Below, piece after piece: positions 23,001 through 37,589 of a DNA stretch of 64,000 nucleotides (positions within the stretch are counted from its first letter, which is position 1; every line of letters starts with the position of its first letter). The stretch covers positions 16,864,001-16,928,000 of the forward strand of contig CM022672.1 in the NCBI GenBank assembly GCA_012295275.1. Reading direction: 5' to 3'. The position numbers were made by a program, and so were the translations under genes. The DNA is from Chrysomallon squamiferum. Taxonomy: Eukaryota; Animalia; Mollusca. The notes under the pieces are model-generated. The model did not search any database and had not been told where the DNA came from. It saw only the letters and a list, made by a program, of their open reading frames with translations.

Positions 23001-26000
23001 AATATATTTTTCTTTCCAGTTCATAACAGACATTCTGTCCTGTTAGTAAGATATTGCTTGGTAATCACAGTAAAAATGTAACAGAATATTTCTGAATAAT
23101 GTGTCAGAATTATCAAATTACCAAATGTCTTATGTAAAATTAATCAATATGCTCTAATGGTGTAATTAAATGAAAGGTTTTTTTTTTTTTGATTGTAGAT
23201 GTCTTTTTTTGCTGGTGTTCTTCTTGATGAAGCTGTCAACTGGGTGCTAAAGCATGTGATTAGAGAGCAGAGACCTCTCACAGGTGAGTGGACACAGATG
23301 TAGTAAGTCTAGATCTTTAGTAGTAAGTCTAGTCTTGCTTGGTAAGAACAGTGTCATATTGTAACAGAGTCACTGGATAACAGTTGATATTAAAATGAGC
23401 TGAAGTATTTTTAGTCATTTCTTGATTCACATGACTTCTACGTTAATCTAAACTGGTTGAAAACACAACCCAAGCATCTACATATGTCAAAAATATATAG
23501 GTCCCATAACAGCTTGCTTTGAATAGAATGTTAAAAACATTTCCAATCAATATAACTTCACACCGACTTATGTTCTAGCTGAAATTTAGTATTTTATTGT
23601 AAGTTATAGATCAGGGTTTTTTTATGCTGATGCAAAGGACAATTATGTTTATTGGACACATCTGCTGTTATTTAGCTAAATCATGTAAATGAAGAAGAAA
23701 AAAGATTAACACCCCTCCACCCACCAAATTTCATATAATTTGTTTAGTTTTTGATATATGCAACTTTGAGGCAGTAGGTCATTGACAACTGCATGTGTAC
23801 ACAGTAACTCAGTGAACATCAAAGTAATAATAAATTAACTAAGGATCCATAATTTTGCACTGATCTATTTATCCAGCATTCTTGGGACCAGAGATGACCC
23901 AGATTTCTGGATCTTGTAGTTTTGGGGGCCAGTGCTTAACATATTTACTAAAAAGTCAAAATAAATAATGAAAAGTAAAAACAAAAATAGTATTTAACAG
24001 AAACAATACATTTCTAATGCTATTGTTCTGGAACTCAGACAAATGGTCTGGTACCAGTATCTCATTCACTGAATCTTTTATGTTAAATTGTTTTATAGTT
24101 ATTTCTCATTTAGGATTTTAAAAAAAATAAAATGTTTTTCAGATAGAGTTCTATATACTGAATATGGGATGCCATCAAGTCATGCACAGTTTATGTGGTT
24201 TTTTTCAACTTATCTCACATTTTTCCTTTTTATAAGGTGAGTTCAGTCTCTTGTTAAAACCCTTTTGTTAATAAACTGTCATTTTAATCAGTTTTAGTAG
24301 TGTTAGTTACAGTTTAGTCTGAATGTATTTATTACAATAAAAAAACATTTACATAATGATTGCATATTAAAATAAAAAAAATATTTTTTCTGAGAAAGAT
24401 TAATCCTGGGAAAACAAATATTTCAAGTAATTTTAATGTTTTAAAAATGTTTATCTTTATTTATTATTGATATTTATTTTACAGAGTTTATACAAATTAT
24501 ACATGGGTTGATGATTTGTGGAAATATATTGTCAGCCTAGGAAGTTTTTTAATTTCAATTTTAGTATGTTATAGCAGGTAAGACTTAATTTTTATTTTTG
24601 TATATTATTTAATTACATTGATATCATTTTTCTGTATTTAGTTGTAATGTTTATAAATTCAAAAACAGTTTTTTAAATTGCAATAGTGAATCAGTCAGTG
24701 TGGTTTTCATTCAATCATACATGGGCAAAACCAAAAATGTCTATAATTTTGATATTAATACAGAAAACTAAACAATTTATGAAAAAGGTTTTGTTGTGTA
24801 AACCAGGAAGTTGGAAGATGATTTGAAAATGAAACTTAAACACTTTTTTAATCACAGAATGAAATCTGTTTTCCAGATGTTTTGCTTTTGTGCTTTATAT
24901 TAGTTTCATTTATCTGAATTAATTAATAATGGTTGTTTACATGCTATTTAAAGTTTTGTAACTGACAAATTTTGTTTTGTAGCTTCCAATTTGAACTCTG
25001 TCTCTCTTGTTAATATTGGGTCTTTGCTGTTTGTATTATTTTGTTTTCATATTAAATCTTTAATGTACTTTATGTTTCTTTATTGACGTATTACAAACTG
25101 TTTATTTTCAGAATTTATTTGGGTTACCACACAATTAGTCAAGTGTTTTGGGGGGCTGCATCTGGTTTTGTATTGGGTGTGTGCTGGTTCGGGGTAGTTC
25201 AACTTTTGCTTACCCCAATCTTCCCTCATATAGCTTCATGGTAAGTGATATAGCTTAGAAATATAGAGAAAAAGGAGATGAAATTAAAAAAACCCCATTA
25301 AAAATGTGCTTTTGTAGATGTATGATTATTATCGTTTATTAGTTTATTAGTTGTAATTCATAACATGAAGAAAGTATCAATTGTTACATTTTTATTAGAT
25401 CATTAACATTAAACTGTACCAGTAAGATGCATAGATTTATTTTTATGTAATAATGAATGTTTTCTGGCTTTTTTGATCATAATATGTTAATTTGATAATA
25501 AGTTTGCATTAAAATGGATTACTTTTCATTATGAATGAAATTCATTTACATCAGTGTGTTTTCTTTAATATTATTTTTAAAATTTAACTTTTAATAACTT
25601 AATAAATAATAAAAAAAAAAAATTATTTCATTATTTTTTAATTACATTGTTGTTTTTTGTACATTGTTCGTTTTTATTGCTTGTAATGATTTAAAAATTT
25701 CTACATAAACAGAACTGACATTAAATGTCTTTAAAAAAAAAAAAATTGATTTCTTTTTTCCAGTCATTTAGGTGAGTTTTTCATGTTGCGTGATTCAACA
25801 TTAATACCTCATGTACTGTGGTTTGAATATACATCCTCCAGAACAGAGGCACGGTAAGCTAACTGATCACACAGTTGTATAACTTCATCTAAAATTTAGA
25901 AAAATGTTTTTATCATATTAACTGAAGCAGTCGATAGATCACTGCTAATGTTTTAATTGAAGAGAGTCAGATCTTTTCAGTGGACTAAGAGCTATTTCTT

Positions 26001-26460
26001 GTTATGACCACTTTTCCTAGAAAGCTGTCTAATGTTCAAAAGATCATAAAATGTACTTGAAGTTTTATCAGAATGATTCTGGAAGAAAAAATAACTTATT
26101 CAGTTGCTATGATTTTTTTTATCTCAGAGACTTTTTTCAAAATGGCATTTTTGACAGTTAAAAATAACAATTATTTATTCAGAATTATAGAAATAACATT
26201 TTATATAATTCTTAGTCATGTTATTTTTTTGAGGGGGGTCTTTTTTATTTCTCTCGATTTTAACATTACTTTGATTTATTATCTTTTCTTTGCAAATTGC
26301 AAGTTCATATTAAAAAATGTGTACATAAATTACATTTATTTCCTGGTGAGTTTAAATAAAAATGCTAAACATTTAAAAAAATATATATTATTAATATTTA
26401 CTTATTTTTATTTTTTGTAGAAGTCGTCAGAGAAAAATGACTGCAAGAAAATCACAGTAA
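20022..26460 (+). CDS. DOLPP1: Dolichyldiphosphatase 1 (PAP2 family, 239 aa, 8 coding exons)
   Basis: Exons 20022-20109, 22635-22735, 23199-23283, 24143-24236, 24485-24577, 25112-25240, 25764-25853, 26421-26460 (720 nt). Motifs [11 protein letters not shown] and IFRRDLHT; PAP2 motifs [22 protein letters not shown] and [10 protein letters not shown]; [15 protein letters not shown]. Ends [11 protein letters not shown]. Confidence 0.97.
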
Positions 26461-29400
26461 ATGACTGGTGCAGTTATTGTTGCTAGGCAGCATTCTGATT
26501 GTTGAACTATCAGCTCTTTATTTATAAGATCACAGACATGACAGGAACAGATTCCAATGCTGCTTTTAGTGGACCTGTGCAATTTGTGAATTCAAACCCA
26601 TTTTTATTTGGAAGAATTCTTTGGAAGAAAAATAAATAATGATGCTGAACTCAGGTGGATAAATTAAGCTACAAACAAAATAAGAAAAACAAAAGTTTTT
26701 GCCATTTTTACAAGCACTTACTTTTTTTAATTTTTGTGAATTTAGAATTTAACTTGGCTATCTTAAAAATATTATTGAATTATAGTTGCAATAGATTTTT
26801 TCAAATTTAAAAATACAAAAAAAGATTCATCAAATTAATATATTTGATAATACTTGTAGATTAAGTTATATTTGGGATATTGGTCGATACACATTTTTAG
26901 TATTTTAAAATTACCTCATTATTTTGAAAATGGATTACAAACATGTTTTTTTTAAATATTTATTTGTTTAAAACAGGTGGTTAAATTGAATTTCAAAAAA
27001 ACAAATTAAAAATTTAAAAAGCATATAAACTTCAGGAATGTTTAAAATGTTTTATTCAATTTGGAATATATTTTGAAAAACAAGAAAAAATAAATGAGAA
27101 AAAAATGAGAAATGGGTTTGATAAAAAAGCACATTTGAAGTGATTATGGATGTTTATACTGCAGGGTGATCAAGTATCTCTTGGAATTTATCTCATATTT
27201 TATATGTGTGCATTCCTAGCTTTTTTACCTGTGTGCTTTTTAATAATTTTGTAGTATTTTACTACTATTACTAACCTTGGAAACATGCAGATTACTTTTT
27301 TTACATTGTTAATCCATGTTAAAATCTGTAACAGATGTGCACCTAACACACACACACTGATACACGTTTATGTATATCTAATTTCAAAATATTTTAATGA
27401 ATGTATATTCAAAGAGACAATTTTAATTAAATATATCATGAAAAAAAATATGTATGTGTTATATTTTGAGTGCTAAATGAGTTAAATAGTTCTGGGTTAA
27501 CAAATAAAGGTATGATTGTCCTTTACATGTTTTAAATATGTAGTTTTTAAATATTAGCTGACAACACAAGTTTAAAACATCACCACTTATATTCTTGTAA
27601 GTTAGGTCCAGCTAAAGTTAGGTAATGCTTTAATTCTTTGAAGACTTAGCTGATTTAGATATCAGAAATATAAAAACTTGTGACTGTTTCAAACAAACAG
27701 TTAAAAACATTTTTTTTTTTAATTAGGAATTATTGTCTAAACATTTCAGAATATATACTGATAAAATTATGCATGTGAAGGATATTAAATATGAAAATGG
27801 TTTATTGGTTAGGTTTAAAGATAATGCCAAGTTTTTAAATTGTAAGAAAATAATATTTAAAACTTGGTTTTAAAAAATAATTTATTATGTTTGTGAACAC
27901 TGCTTCATTGGTATAATATTTGCATGTAAAAACCAGTGATTGTCAAATGAAAAATGTTGATTAATAGTTAAAAAATCCTGTAAACTTAATTTTAAATGTC
28001 TTTGTCAGTGCATCTCTCATGCATTATGTAATTTTTATTTTACTTTTATTCACATTTTATCAACCTGTCATTTAAAAAGTGCAATATATGAAGTTAAATA
28101 AAATATTTTTTTATTGTTATTGATATTTTTCAGTGTTTTACTTTTTTTTCACCACATTATTATTATTATAACATATTTCTATAGCACTCTTTTGACACTA
28201 AGTAAGTTCATGGGTGCTTTTCACTGTAAACTATTAAACTAAAATATAAAAAGACATGGACATAAATATATTAAAATAAATGTAAACACAATGGTGAACA
28301 CGTTAAAATGGTGTTAAAAAATAAATGTCACATTTCAGAATTTTATAAGATAATTAATAGACGTGCTTGAACACTTTAAAATTCGAAAAACAAAACATAA
28401 CTATATATTAAAAAGTGGATTTGAAAGAAATGGGTCTTTAAAAGGGTTTTGAATGTAGTTGTTGTTTCAGCCTCTTTTTCATAATTATTTAATTTGTTTA
28501 GAATAATTGTTACAAAATAAAAATGTTCTGCTGATTTTAGAACTTCATCTTATTATATAAGAGACTAAATAACCAGTCATTTGGGTAAAAAACCACAATA
28601 ACACCCCCAAAAAATTAACCTCAACATAAAAATATGTCAGTTCCTTGAAAATATTCAAACAATTCATTTGATATATGTACTCGATATGTAATTATCTTGA
28701 AAGCACATCCATCAAAACTGCTTTTTTTCAGATTTTTTATAAATAATATGATGTGATTCAGTATGTTTTCTGTTGTTATGTCAATTAGAAAATAGCCTTG
28801 GTTCAGAGGTAACATTTAATGTGTAACTGATCAAACAAACAATGGTCTATATATATTCTGCTTTATTTCAAACTTGTTTGATTTTTGTTATTGTTTTTTT
28901 GCTTATCAGTATTAATTAATAACAAAGTGTAACGACAAAAGAAAATCAGTTCAGTTAAAATCATATCTAGGAACTGTCATCTTTTTCTGCAGTTATGACA
29001 TCACATGCAGGACAAACTAATTTGCTTTTGTTTTAGTGGCAGAAAAAACATTGGTCAATCTGCTGTGTTTTTGATGATGTCACGATATAAATGTTTCCAT
29101 TCCTGGCCATGTTGTGCAAATATTTTTATTTTTATTTTTTTGTTTTATCCAGATTATTTGTAATTAATGGCCATTATATTTTGCCTTTTTAAAATATTAC
29201 AGACACAATTGTCAGTTTTCCTAAAGTAATGTACAATTTACTACAAGCTGATATTGATGAATAAATATAAGATTTGGGATGTTTTTTTTACTTGAATAAA
29301 TATTACATTATGTTAATAATCAACATCATCAACATTATTACTACTAGTACTGTTGTTATTATTATTATTAGACATATTTTATATAAAAGTCGTTATAATT

Positions 29401-29847
29401 CATAATAAAGAATGTGCTTTTCCATGTTTTGGATATTAAATTACATATATTTCTATGAATTTCTAATCCAGTAATTAACTAATAAGAAATGAATCTAGAT
29501 ATGTTAGCATTTGTTTTATTATTATTATTATTTTTTTTTTCCGAAGTGGTCAAGTTACTGTAGACAAAATTTTAAAGAGCTGCTGTTTTGTAAAAATGTA
29601 AATGTCGAATTGTTTGTAAAAATTTAAAACAAATATTTGATATAATAACAATATTTTGTTTCAAAAAAAACCATTGAAAAAAAAAAATGTATGTGTGTTT
29701 AAATCTTATGAATGTAAGTTTAACATTTTATATACATTCATTTATTTTACAAAATTGTGAATTTATTTTCTTTTTAAAATTATGTAAAACATATATCTAT
29801 TTGTTTTTTCATTACTGTCACTGCTAATTCTATGCAACCTATATTTA

Positions 29848-29913
<66 letters not shown>
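29848..29913. repeat. (AAT)n microsatellite
   Basis: About 21 units read directly. Similar (AAT)n tracts occur at ~917-950, ~4285-4345, ~6130-6230, ~11638-11675 and ~37515-37627. Confidence 0.95.
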
Positions 29914-30265
29914 TAATTTCAGCAAAAGTGATGACATTTATGAATCATGTTTTGAAATATTCCATTGTTGTAAATTTGGTCTGGAGTCATAACAAAAATG
30001 ATTTTATTATTTACTGATTGGAAATTAACATTTTATTTTCAGTTTTTTTATTTATATTTTTTATCTATTGTTAGATTTAAACTAAATTTAAAGAAAATGA
30101 TATGTTCACTCATTTAAAATTGTAATTTCATTGTTTATAGAACACTATAAATTCTTCTAATTATTTTTTTAAATGTGGTTTTTATAAGTACTTTTATAGT
30201 GTTTTATTTAATTTATTTATTTATTTTTGTAAAATAATAAGTTTTTAAATGTTATTGATTACATG

Positions 30266-30323
<58 letters not shown>

Positions 30324-32404
30324 ATGTATATTTTAATGAAATCATTGTTTCTCAGCCATATTTTGTGGATACTGCTGAATGTTTGAATTATGTAATAAAT
30401 ATGTCTTAGATGAAACAAAAAAATTAGTTAACAAAACGTGATACAGAAATGTAGTTTGGTAAAATTTGAAATTATTATTAAATAACTTATATAATGACAT
30501 GAAATTAATACTGAATTTTTCCAGTATGGCACATTTTGGATTCAAAACATGGGCTATCAAGAAATATTTGATAACAAACAGTCATCTCTCACATGTAGCT
30601 TTGGTGGAATATCTGAATAGTCTAGATATATTCTGCATATTTCTAAGTCATGTCCCTTTTTTTCTTTTTTTTTTAAATGTATTGTTTTTACGATTGCTTG
30701 AATCAGTAAAGCAATAACTTGGAAGTCTTATATTGCCCCATTTATTCATTCCACTCATGCACTTTAAATATACAACTTTGATTTTTAAGTTTAAATAATA
30801 ATAGAACAAATGCATCTCTAAACATATTTTCAAACAAATTTCTTATAAAAAAAAAAAAAAAAAATTCTGATATAAAATAATATGAATATAAATGTTTATT
30901 AATTTTTTTTTTTTAAATTCTCCTTTATTTGAAATTCATAAAATATGCTCCATATGATTTCATTCAACCTCTAGTAGTAATGTATGATTCCAGATAGTGC
31001 TGAATTTAAAATAATATATATTTAAAAAAGTATTTCTGAAAATATCCCAATGTGTTTAACAATAATGCCGTTTTTATATTTGATGAATAAATCAGGGCCA
31101 TCTTGGCTTGAGAGAGACATTTGCTGTTGTGAATATTCCATATTTAGGGTTATTCCAGATTAAACTTCATGTTTAGACAAATTCTAAAATATTTGTGCCT
31201 AGAAATCTCAAAATTCCATGTTGTTCAACCAGTTCATTTAGAAATCATTGTTTCCAATTTTCCAATGAATCTAGACTTGCCCAGACTGCCAGAATCTGAT
31301 ATCAAAACTTACTGTAACTTCTGTTGTTCTTGAATCACCATCTGATTTCTGTAAAATTGGTTCTGCTTTGTTGTGAATGTGGACTATCTAGATGATTTTT
31401 ATTTTAATATTATTATTATTCTTTTTTATTTAAACTATGAAAAGATGTTATGGACCATTTAGATTATTTTTTTTTCCCCTTAATCATTAACTGTGGACTG
31501 ATGGTATCTAAAATTCCCAGATTAGATCAATTTTACAAATCATAATTACTTCTCATGAAACAGTATATAATCCTAATAAAGCAATTGAATAAGATATAAA
31601 CAAAACATCAAACACTATTTAACTATGATATCAATTCCATTTCATTGTGTATTATTAACTTCATAAGGAAAGCAATGATAAAGCTTGAAAATAAATAATG
31701 TAAAACTTTCCGAAATAATATTGTTTGCACTGATATGCAAAGGTTTTCATTAATAGTGATGAAAAATTAAATATTTGTCATAAAGCAGATGCATTTAAAA
31801 GTGTCTAATAGAAGTTTTGATGTTTAAAATGACAAAGTGTGTATATTAACTGCCATGTTTTTTTTGTTGTTGTATTTTTAATGATAAGAAAAGAAAATAT
31901 TTATCCATTTCTTTGTATAATATTTGATATACTAATGTATTGATAAGTATGACATGTTTAACATGACTTTTACAGATATTTTAATGTTTTTTCTTTTAAT
32001 AAATATGATGAAATAAAAACAGATTTTGATTTTCTTGAGTATTTACTTCTTTAATACACACACATTTCCCCAACCTATTAAAAAAAAAAAAGAGAAAAAA
32101 AAAAATGTAATTAGTTGTAAAATCACTGACATCCAATAGTAAAGGACCACTGAATTTTTAGTCAAGTAAGAGACACAGACACGCACACGCACACACAGAG
32201 AAGGGCTGCCAAACAAGAAATAATAAAGCCAGTAATACATTGTATATTTATAAAGTAAGTTTATTATTAAAAAATATAGATAAACATATATATATATATA
32301 TATATAAACAAAAATATTCATAAAAAATTGAAAGACATATTTGCAAATAGACATTACTTTATATAAACAGGATGCATTAAATATTTTTGCTTTTCCTCAA
32401 AACA

Positions 32405-32446
<42 letters not shown>

Positions 32447-34036
32447 TACAAAGAATTCAAAACATTTCCCTCCACCATTTCATAAATATTTTATTTTCTC
32501 TCACAGTAAATAATTACATAATGAAATTGTATAAAAGAATACAATCAATGCTTAATCAGAGATGGATCTTGGTTAAAAAAATTAAAACAATTTATATATA
32601 TATATATATATATATATCCTTTTTGTTTGAAGCTCGCACAACAAATAAATCACATTATCTCTTGATATATTTCATATTAAATCACTGCTGAATCAGAATT
32701 TTACTTTTCTAGTGCCATTCATACATGGTACATATATACATACATTCATATACATGCTATAAAAATGTATGTTTTACATGAATTTTATAATGAGAAACAC
32801 ATATATCCAAGATCGTATATACAAATTGTGCATATTTAAACAAACAAAAAGAAATAATAATATAAATCTTTTGCATGCTTCCATCTTTTTGTATATTTTA
32901 TATGCATATAGGTATGTTCTACATCCATATAATATTTTTAACAAGAGTTGGGTTTTCTCAGGGAGGTTTGGTTTTATTCTTTTATCACATATATTAACAT
33001 TTTATAATTTTATCACATGAAACAACTATTTGCAAAACAGTGATTCAGACTATGGTGTTTTAATAAGAATAAGAAAAAATAATTAAGAGAAGTTGGATAA
33101 TTTGAAAAGAAAAAAAAAAGCTATATCTAAAGATGTACTCTATATACATTTTAGTGTAATACAACATCTTATTAGGACTAAGGACCTTTGAATCAGTGAG
33201 AAGGGATCTTAAAAAAGAAAAAAAAAAGACCTTTGATAAACTGTTATATGGCATTGTCTGCTGAGTAGGAAATAACCTAAAAGAAGTGCTAAGTACCATT
33301 ACTCCCCAAACCACCAGACTGTAAACGGTTGTGTACAAGGTGATTACTCACAATTTTATGAACAATCAGTTTAATGACACCTCATCACTTTTTAATATTG
33401 GTGATATTAACCATTTCTTGTACGATGGCAACATTTGCCAAGGGCTACTTTTTTCAATTAGGAGCAAAGACCTTTACATAAAATTATACCACAGAGGTTT
33501 ACAATATTTTAAATTTTATAAAAAAAATTACTCAGTATGTTTTGTTGGTGGTTTACTACTCCTGTCAATAGTGTAAAATGTTTTGATTATCGCAAATTTA
33601 CTAATATGTTTTGTTATGTGATACAGATAATCATTTTAGAAATTCAGATATTTATTATGAATAATCATTGCAGATTTGTTGCTTAAAATACAACTATTTT
33701 ATACATTTCTACTTTTAGATTGTTTTAAGATTTATTCATAATAATGCTGTATGTAATACTGTAACATTCAGAATAAAGCCACGAAGACAGTTTTGTTTGC
33801 TGGCCTAGAATAAGGTCATAATGTAACAGAAAGTAAGTTTACCACCTTCTGAACTGAATTTCATCACTGAAACAGTGAGTAATTATATGAAAACAAATCA
33901 CTGAATTGTTGGAGGAAAATATCTGAAAGTATGTGATAGGTATGGAAACTTTATGGTATCTCTGCTGTGTGTGAGACAGTTGCCAGCCTTGGTTTTTAGA
34001 TCTAGCATATTTTCAACACAACTGTTGAGAAATGAT

Positions 34037-35341
34037 TTACAATTTAGCCTGAGGGTTACCAGTTAAGAGAGTCTTCAAATCATCAAATGACTGCATCAGA
34101 GCATTGCCCATCTTGTCACTGTCAGTGTCTGGGCAGCTGACGAATGATGATATGGAAAAATTTATTTTCTTTTCTTGAGGATTGTAGCAGAAACCATAAC
34201 CATCTGGGACAACTGGGCCAAACACCATCACAGCATCATGTAATGTAGCAACCTGAGGAAATAAATAAATAAATGTTCATCACCATTATCAGATTTGTAA
34301 ACAGATTTTTGTTAAATAAAACCTTTTATTTTCCCATTCCTAATATAATTTTTGGATTTCTCATGATCTAATGCAGATACAAATTCAAGAAACAATAGGT
34401 GATACATTTCAATTAAATGCTAATACAAATTTTAAAAATTATTAACAATAAAACTTTTATACATCATTTTTGTTACTTAGATACCTGACTTGTGGATAGC
34501 TTGAAAGAAAATGCTTTAGTATATGTTGGATCTTTATGTAGTTCTGGGATGTCCATATTAGCCTCTTTTGCTATTAGTTTAAATCCCAGAAGATGACGAT
34601 CAATTCCTTGTCCATCAATAGTCTGAAAATATTGTATAGGTGCTGGTAAACATTAAACATCAATGCAATCCAAATTTGTGCTTTAAACACATTGGTAAAA
34701 AATAAATATTACTGATGACATTAAAATAATTAAAAGACACAGGTAAAAATTAAATAGCAATACAATCAAAATCACCAGTAAATATTAAACAGCAACCTAA
34801 TTAATTCTTTATAGACATGAGTAAACACTACACAGTTAGGTTAACAGATACTGGTCACTAATAAATATGGTGTATCGTGCATTTTCTTCAAATACAGGTT
34901 TTCTGTTCTGTATGTTATTTTAAAGAATATATACTTTCATATTTATAAACAATTATAGTGCAGTCTACTCACCTCATCTGTGTATTTCCTATGGGCAAGA
35001 ACGGCTCGCCTGAAAAGATCAGCTTTGACACTGTTAGTTAAACTAGGGTCACCCATAGCTTTAGTGAAGTTTAATGAGTCAATGGAGCATGATCTGATAG
35101 TGTCTGTCCGTCCAAGCTGAAATCTCCGTAAAGAGGCTGATTCATAGGTAGCACATGGTTCTCCGTATAACCTGCATTGTGTAAAATAATTTGCTTAATG
35201 ATAAAGTATTAAATTCTGCCACATCTAAATTTATCCTGTTTTGTGTGTTTGTGTGTCTGTGTACATGCATGAATATGTGTAACTGTATATAGGTGTGTGA
35301 TGGATTGCATCTGTCTGTCAGTTTGTCTCTGTCTGTCTGTC

Positions 35342-35392
<51 letters not shown>

Positions 35393-37532
35393 ACATGTAT
35401 GCGCCTATTTATACATTTGTATTATATCTTGTATGTTATATATTGTGGTTTATTGTTTGTATGCTTGTATGTTTTTAACATATATATATATATATAAAAA
35501 AATATTAATAAAAAAAAAAATGCTTTCTGTGCTCTCACTCATATATATAAATTTTGAATTAGAATTATATGCACCAACAATGTAAGCACCAACTCACACA
35601 CACACACACACACATACACCTTAGAAACATGAGTGTTTCTAAGGTGTATGTGTGTGTGTGTTGGTGCGTATAATTCTAATTCAAAATGTGAATGAATGGT
35701 CAAAGCATATAACAATTTAATCTGAAACCACAACCTACCTGTAATAGGCCAATTGTAATGCTGCCTGTATATATGCATCTGGACTTAGTTTCTGTGTTTT
35801 AGGGAAATTTTTACCATACCCACTGTACGTGAAGATTCTCAGACAAACGCTGTTTACTAATCTGTGAATTAAATGAGTAACAATGACAATGAACTTTATA
35901 ACAAAAACATTTTTGTGTAAACACGAAAACATAAAATGCCAGTAAAACAGGTAAATTAAAATTGTTCTTTAACATTTGATTGGACAATAACCTGAATGGA
36001 CAATAACATGAATATACTTAACAATTCAAATTAAAAATGAAATACAGTTTCAGTGTATTTTAGCAGTGAATCATATCTCAACCCAAAATAATGATATCCT
36101 ACTTGTCTGCATCTTCTTTTGCTTTCTCTATGTCATCTAGGATGTCACTGTTTAAAACAAAATTCAGTTTTCTTGGTGGTGATATTTCTTCTGTGGGTGA
36201 ACCTCCATCCATTTTCTTCTCACTACAATATAGAAACATTTTTATATTTACTTGTTATCTTGTAAAAATGAAACAGTATCTTTCGTATAGTAATTTTTTT
36301 TTTTTAAGAAATATGTTTATTAATTCCGAATGACGGTTCTTTTGAGGACTGGTTTACTCAGACCAATATTTGTTAAAGTAAGACAAAATTGAACAATGAG
36401 ATGGAATTATATCTGGGAACAGAACATACTCTGAAAAAATATATTCAAATACATACACATTGATTTCTGAAAATGCAAAAAACAAAAAAACAAGACTTGT
36501 TACCAGTATGTTAGAATGTGATCCATCATTGCAGCAATGGGAGGTCCTTCAGCTGTTGTGTGTTCATAATTGAGTCCACTAGAACCATTAGAACCAACCA
36601 TCAACTGAAACAGACAGGAGTTAACCAATGTTGGTAATTTCAGAATATTAATAACTTGAGAACTAATAGTTTGTGTTAAGTTAACAAATACATTCAAAAA
36701 TCTGATAAAGAATTAAAAATATAATTCTTTTTAAGGGAATAATAAAATCTACTTATTAAGAAATGATTTATAATAACAGGATAATATTAATGTATTTTAA
36801 ATATAAAATTATTTGGGACTATTTTGTTTTAGTGTTACTTTTAAGGAAAGTATAAAAATACATTAATGAAGAACTCTGTTTTATTTTAAATATGTTATTT
36901 TAATTGGAGACATAACCTATTTTTACTAATTATTTAAAAACTGAAGAAAGGAGATTCTTAATAGTTTTATCACATCACAGGATATTAGAATTCCATCACT
37001 ATCATCAAACTTTCTGTCTTTACCTAGTAAATATTCGTATTTCCAAATACCTCTGACGACTCGTTACTCATTAAATTTTCTTTATGAAGCTGTTGCTCAA
37101 TTCAAATTATGTTATGTTCACTTTTAAAAATAACCAAACAAAACAAAAGGAAAAAACAGAAAACACAGAAAAAAATGACTGGTTACCTGAAGAGTCTTAT
37201 CAAACCAGCGATTGGCTGAATTCAGCTGACTGCCACCACCATGTAACATCTGCTCTGCTGCCTGATTTCTTGATTCTTCTGGGGACATGTTTGACCTGGT
37301 CTTGTCCAGACACAAAACAAAAATACTTCTCTGCAGATCATCCATCAACCTTTTATTGTTTTTGTCTGCAAGACAAATACACTTGTTTGTGTATGGTAAT
37401 ATCACAGTCAGTGTTGCAAACTATTACAATCACAATCAAGCACACAAATTTTGTTTGTTTTTTGAATTTTTGATTAGGGAAGCTAAACCTGTAAGTACTT
37501 CACTCTTTGATTTTATTATTATTATTATTACG

Positions 37533-37589
<57 letters not shown>

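Noticed and set aside
26073-26420. 115-aa hydrophobic ORF
   Set aside because: Lies in DOLPP1 intron 7, has F/I/L/K/N/Y composition typical of AT-rich non-coding DNA, and ends at the splice acceptor.
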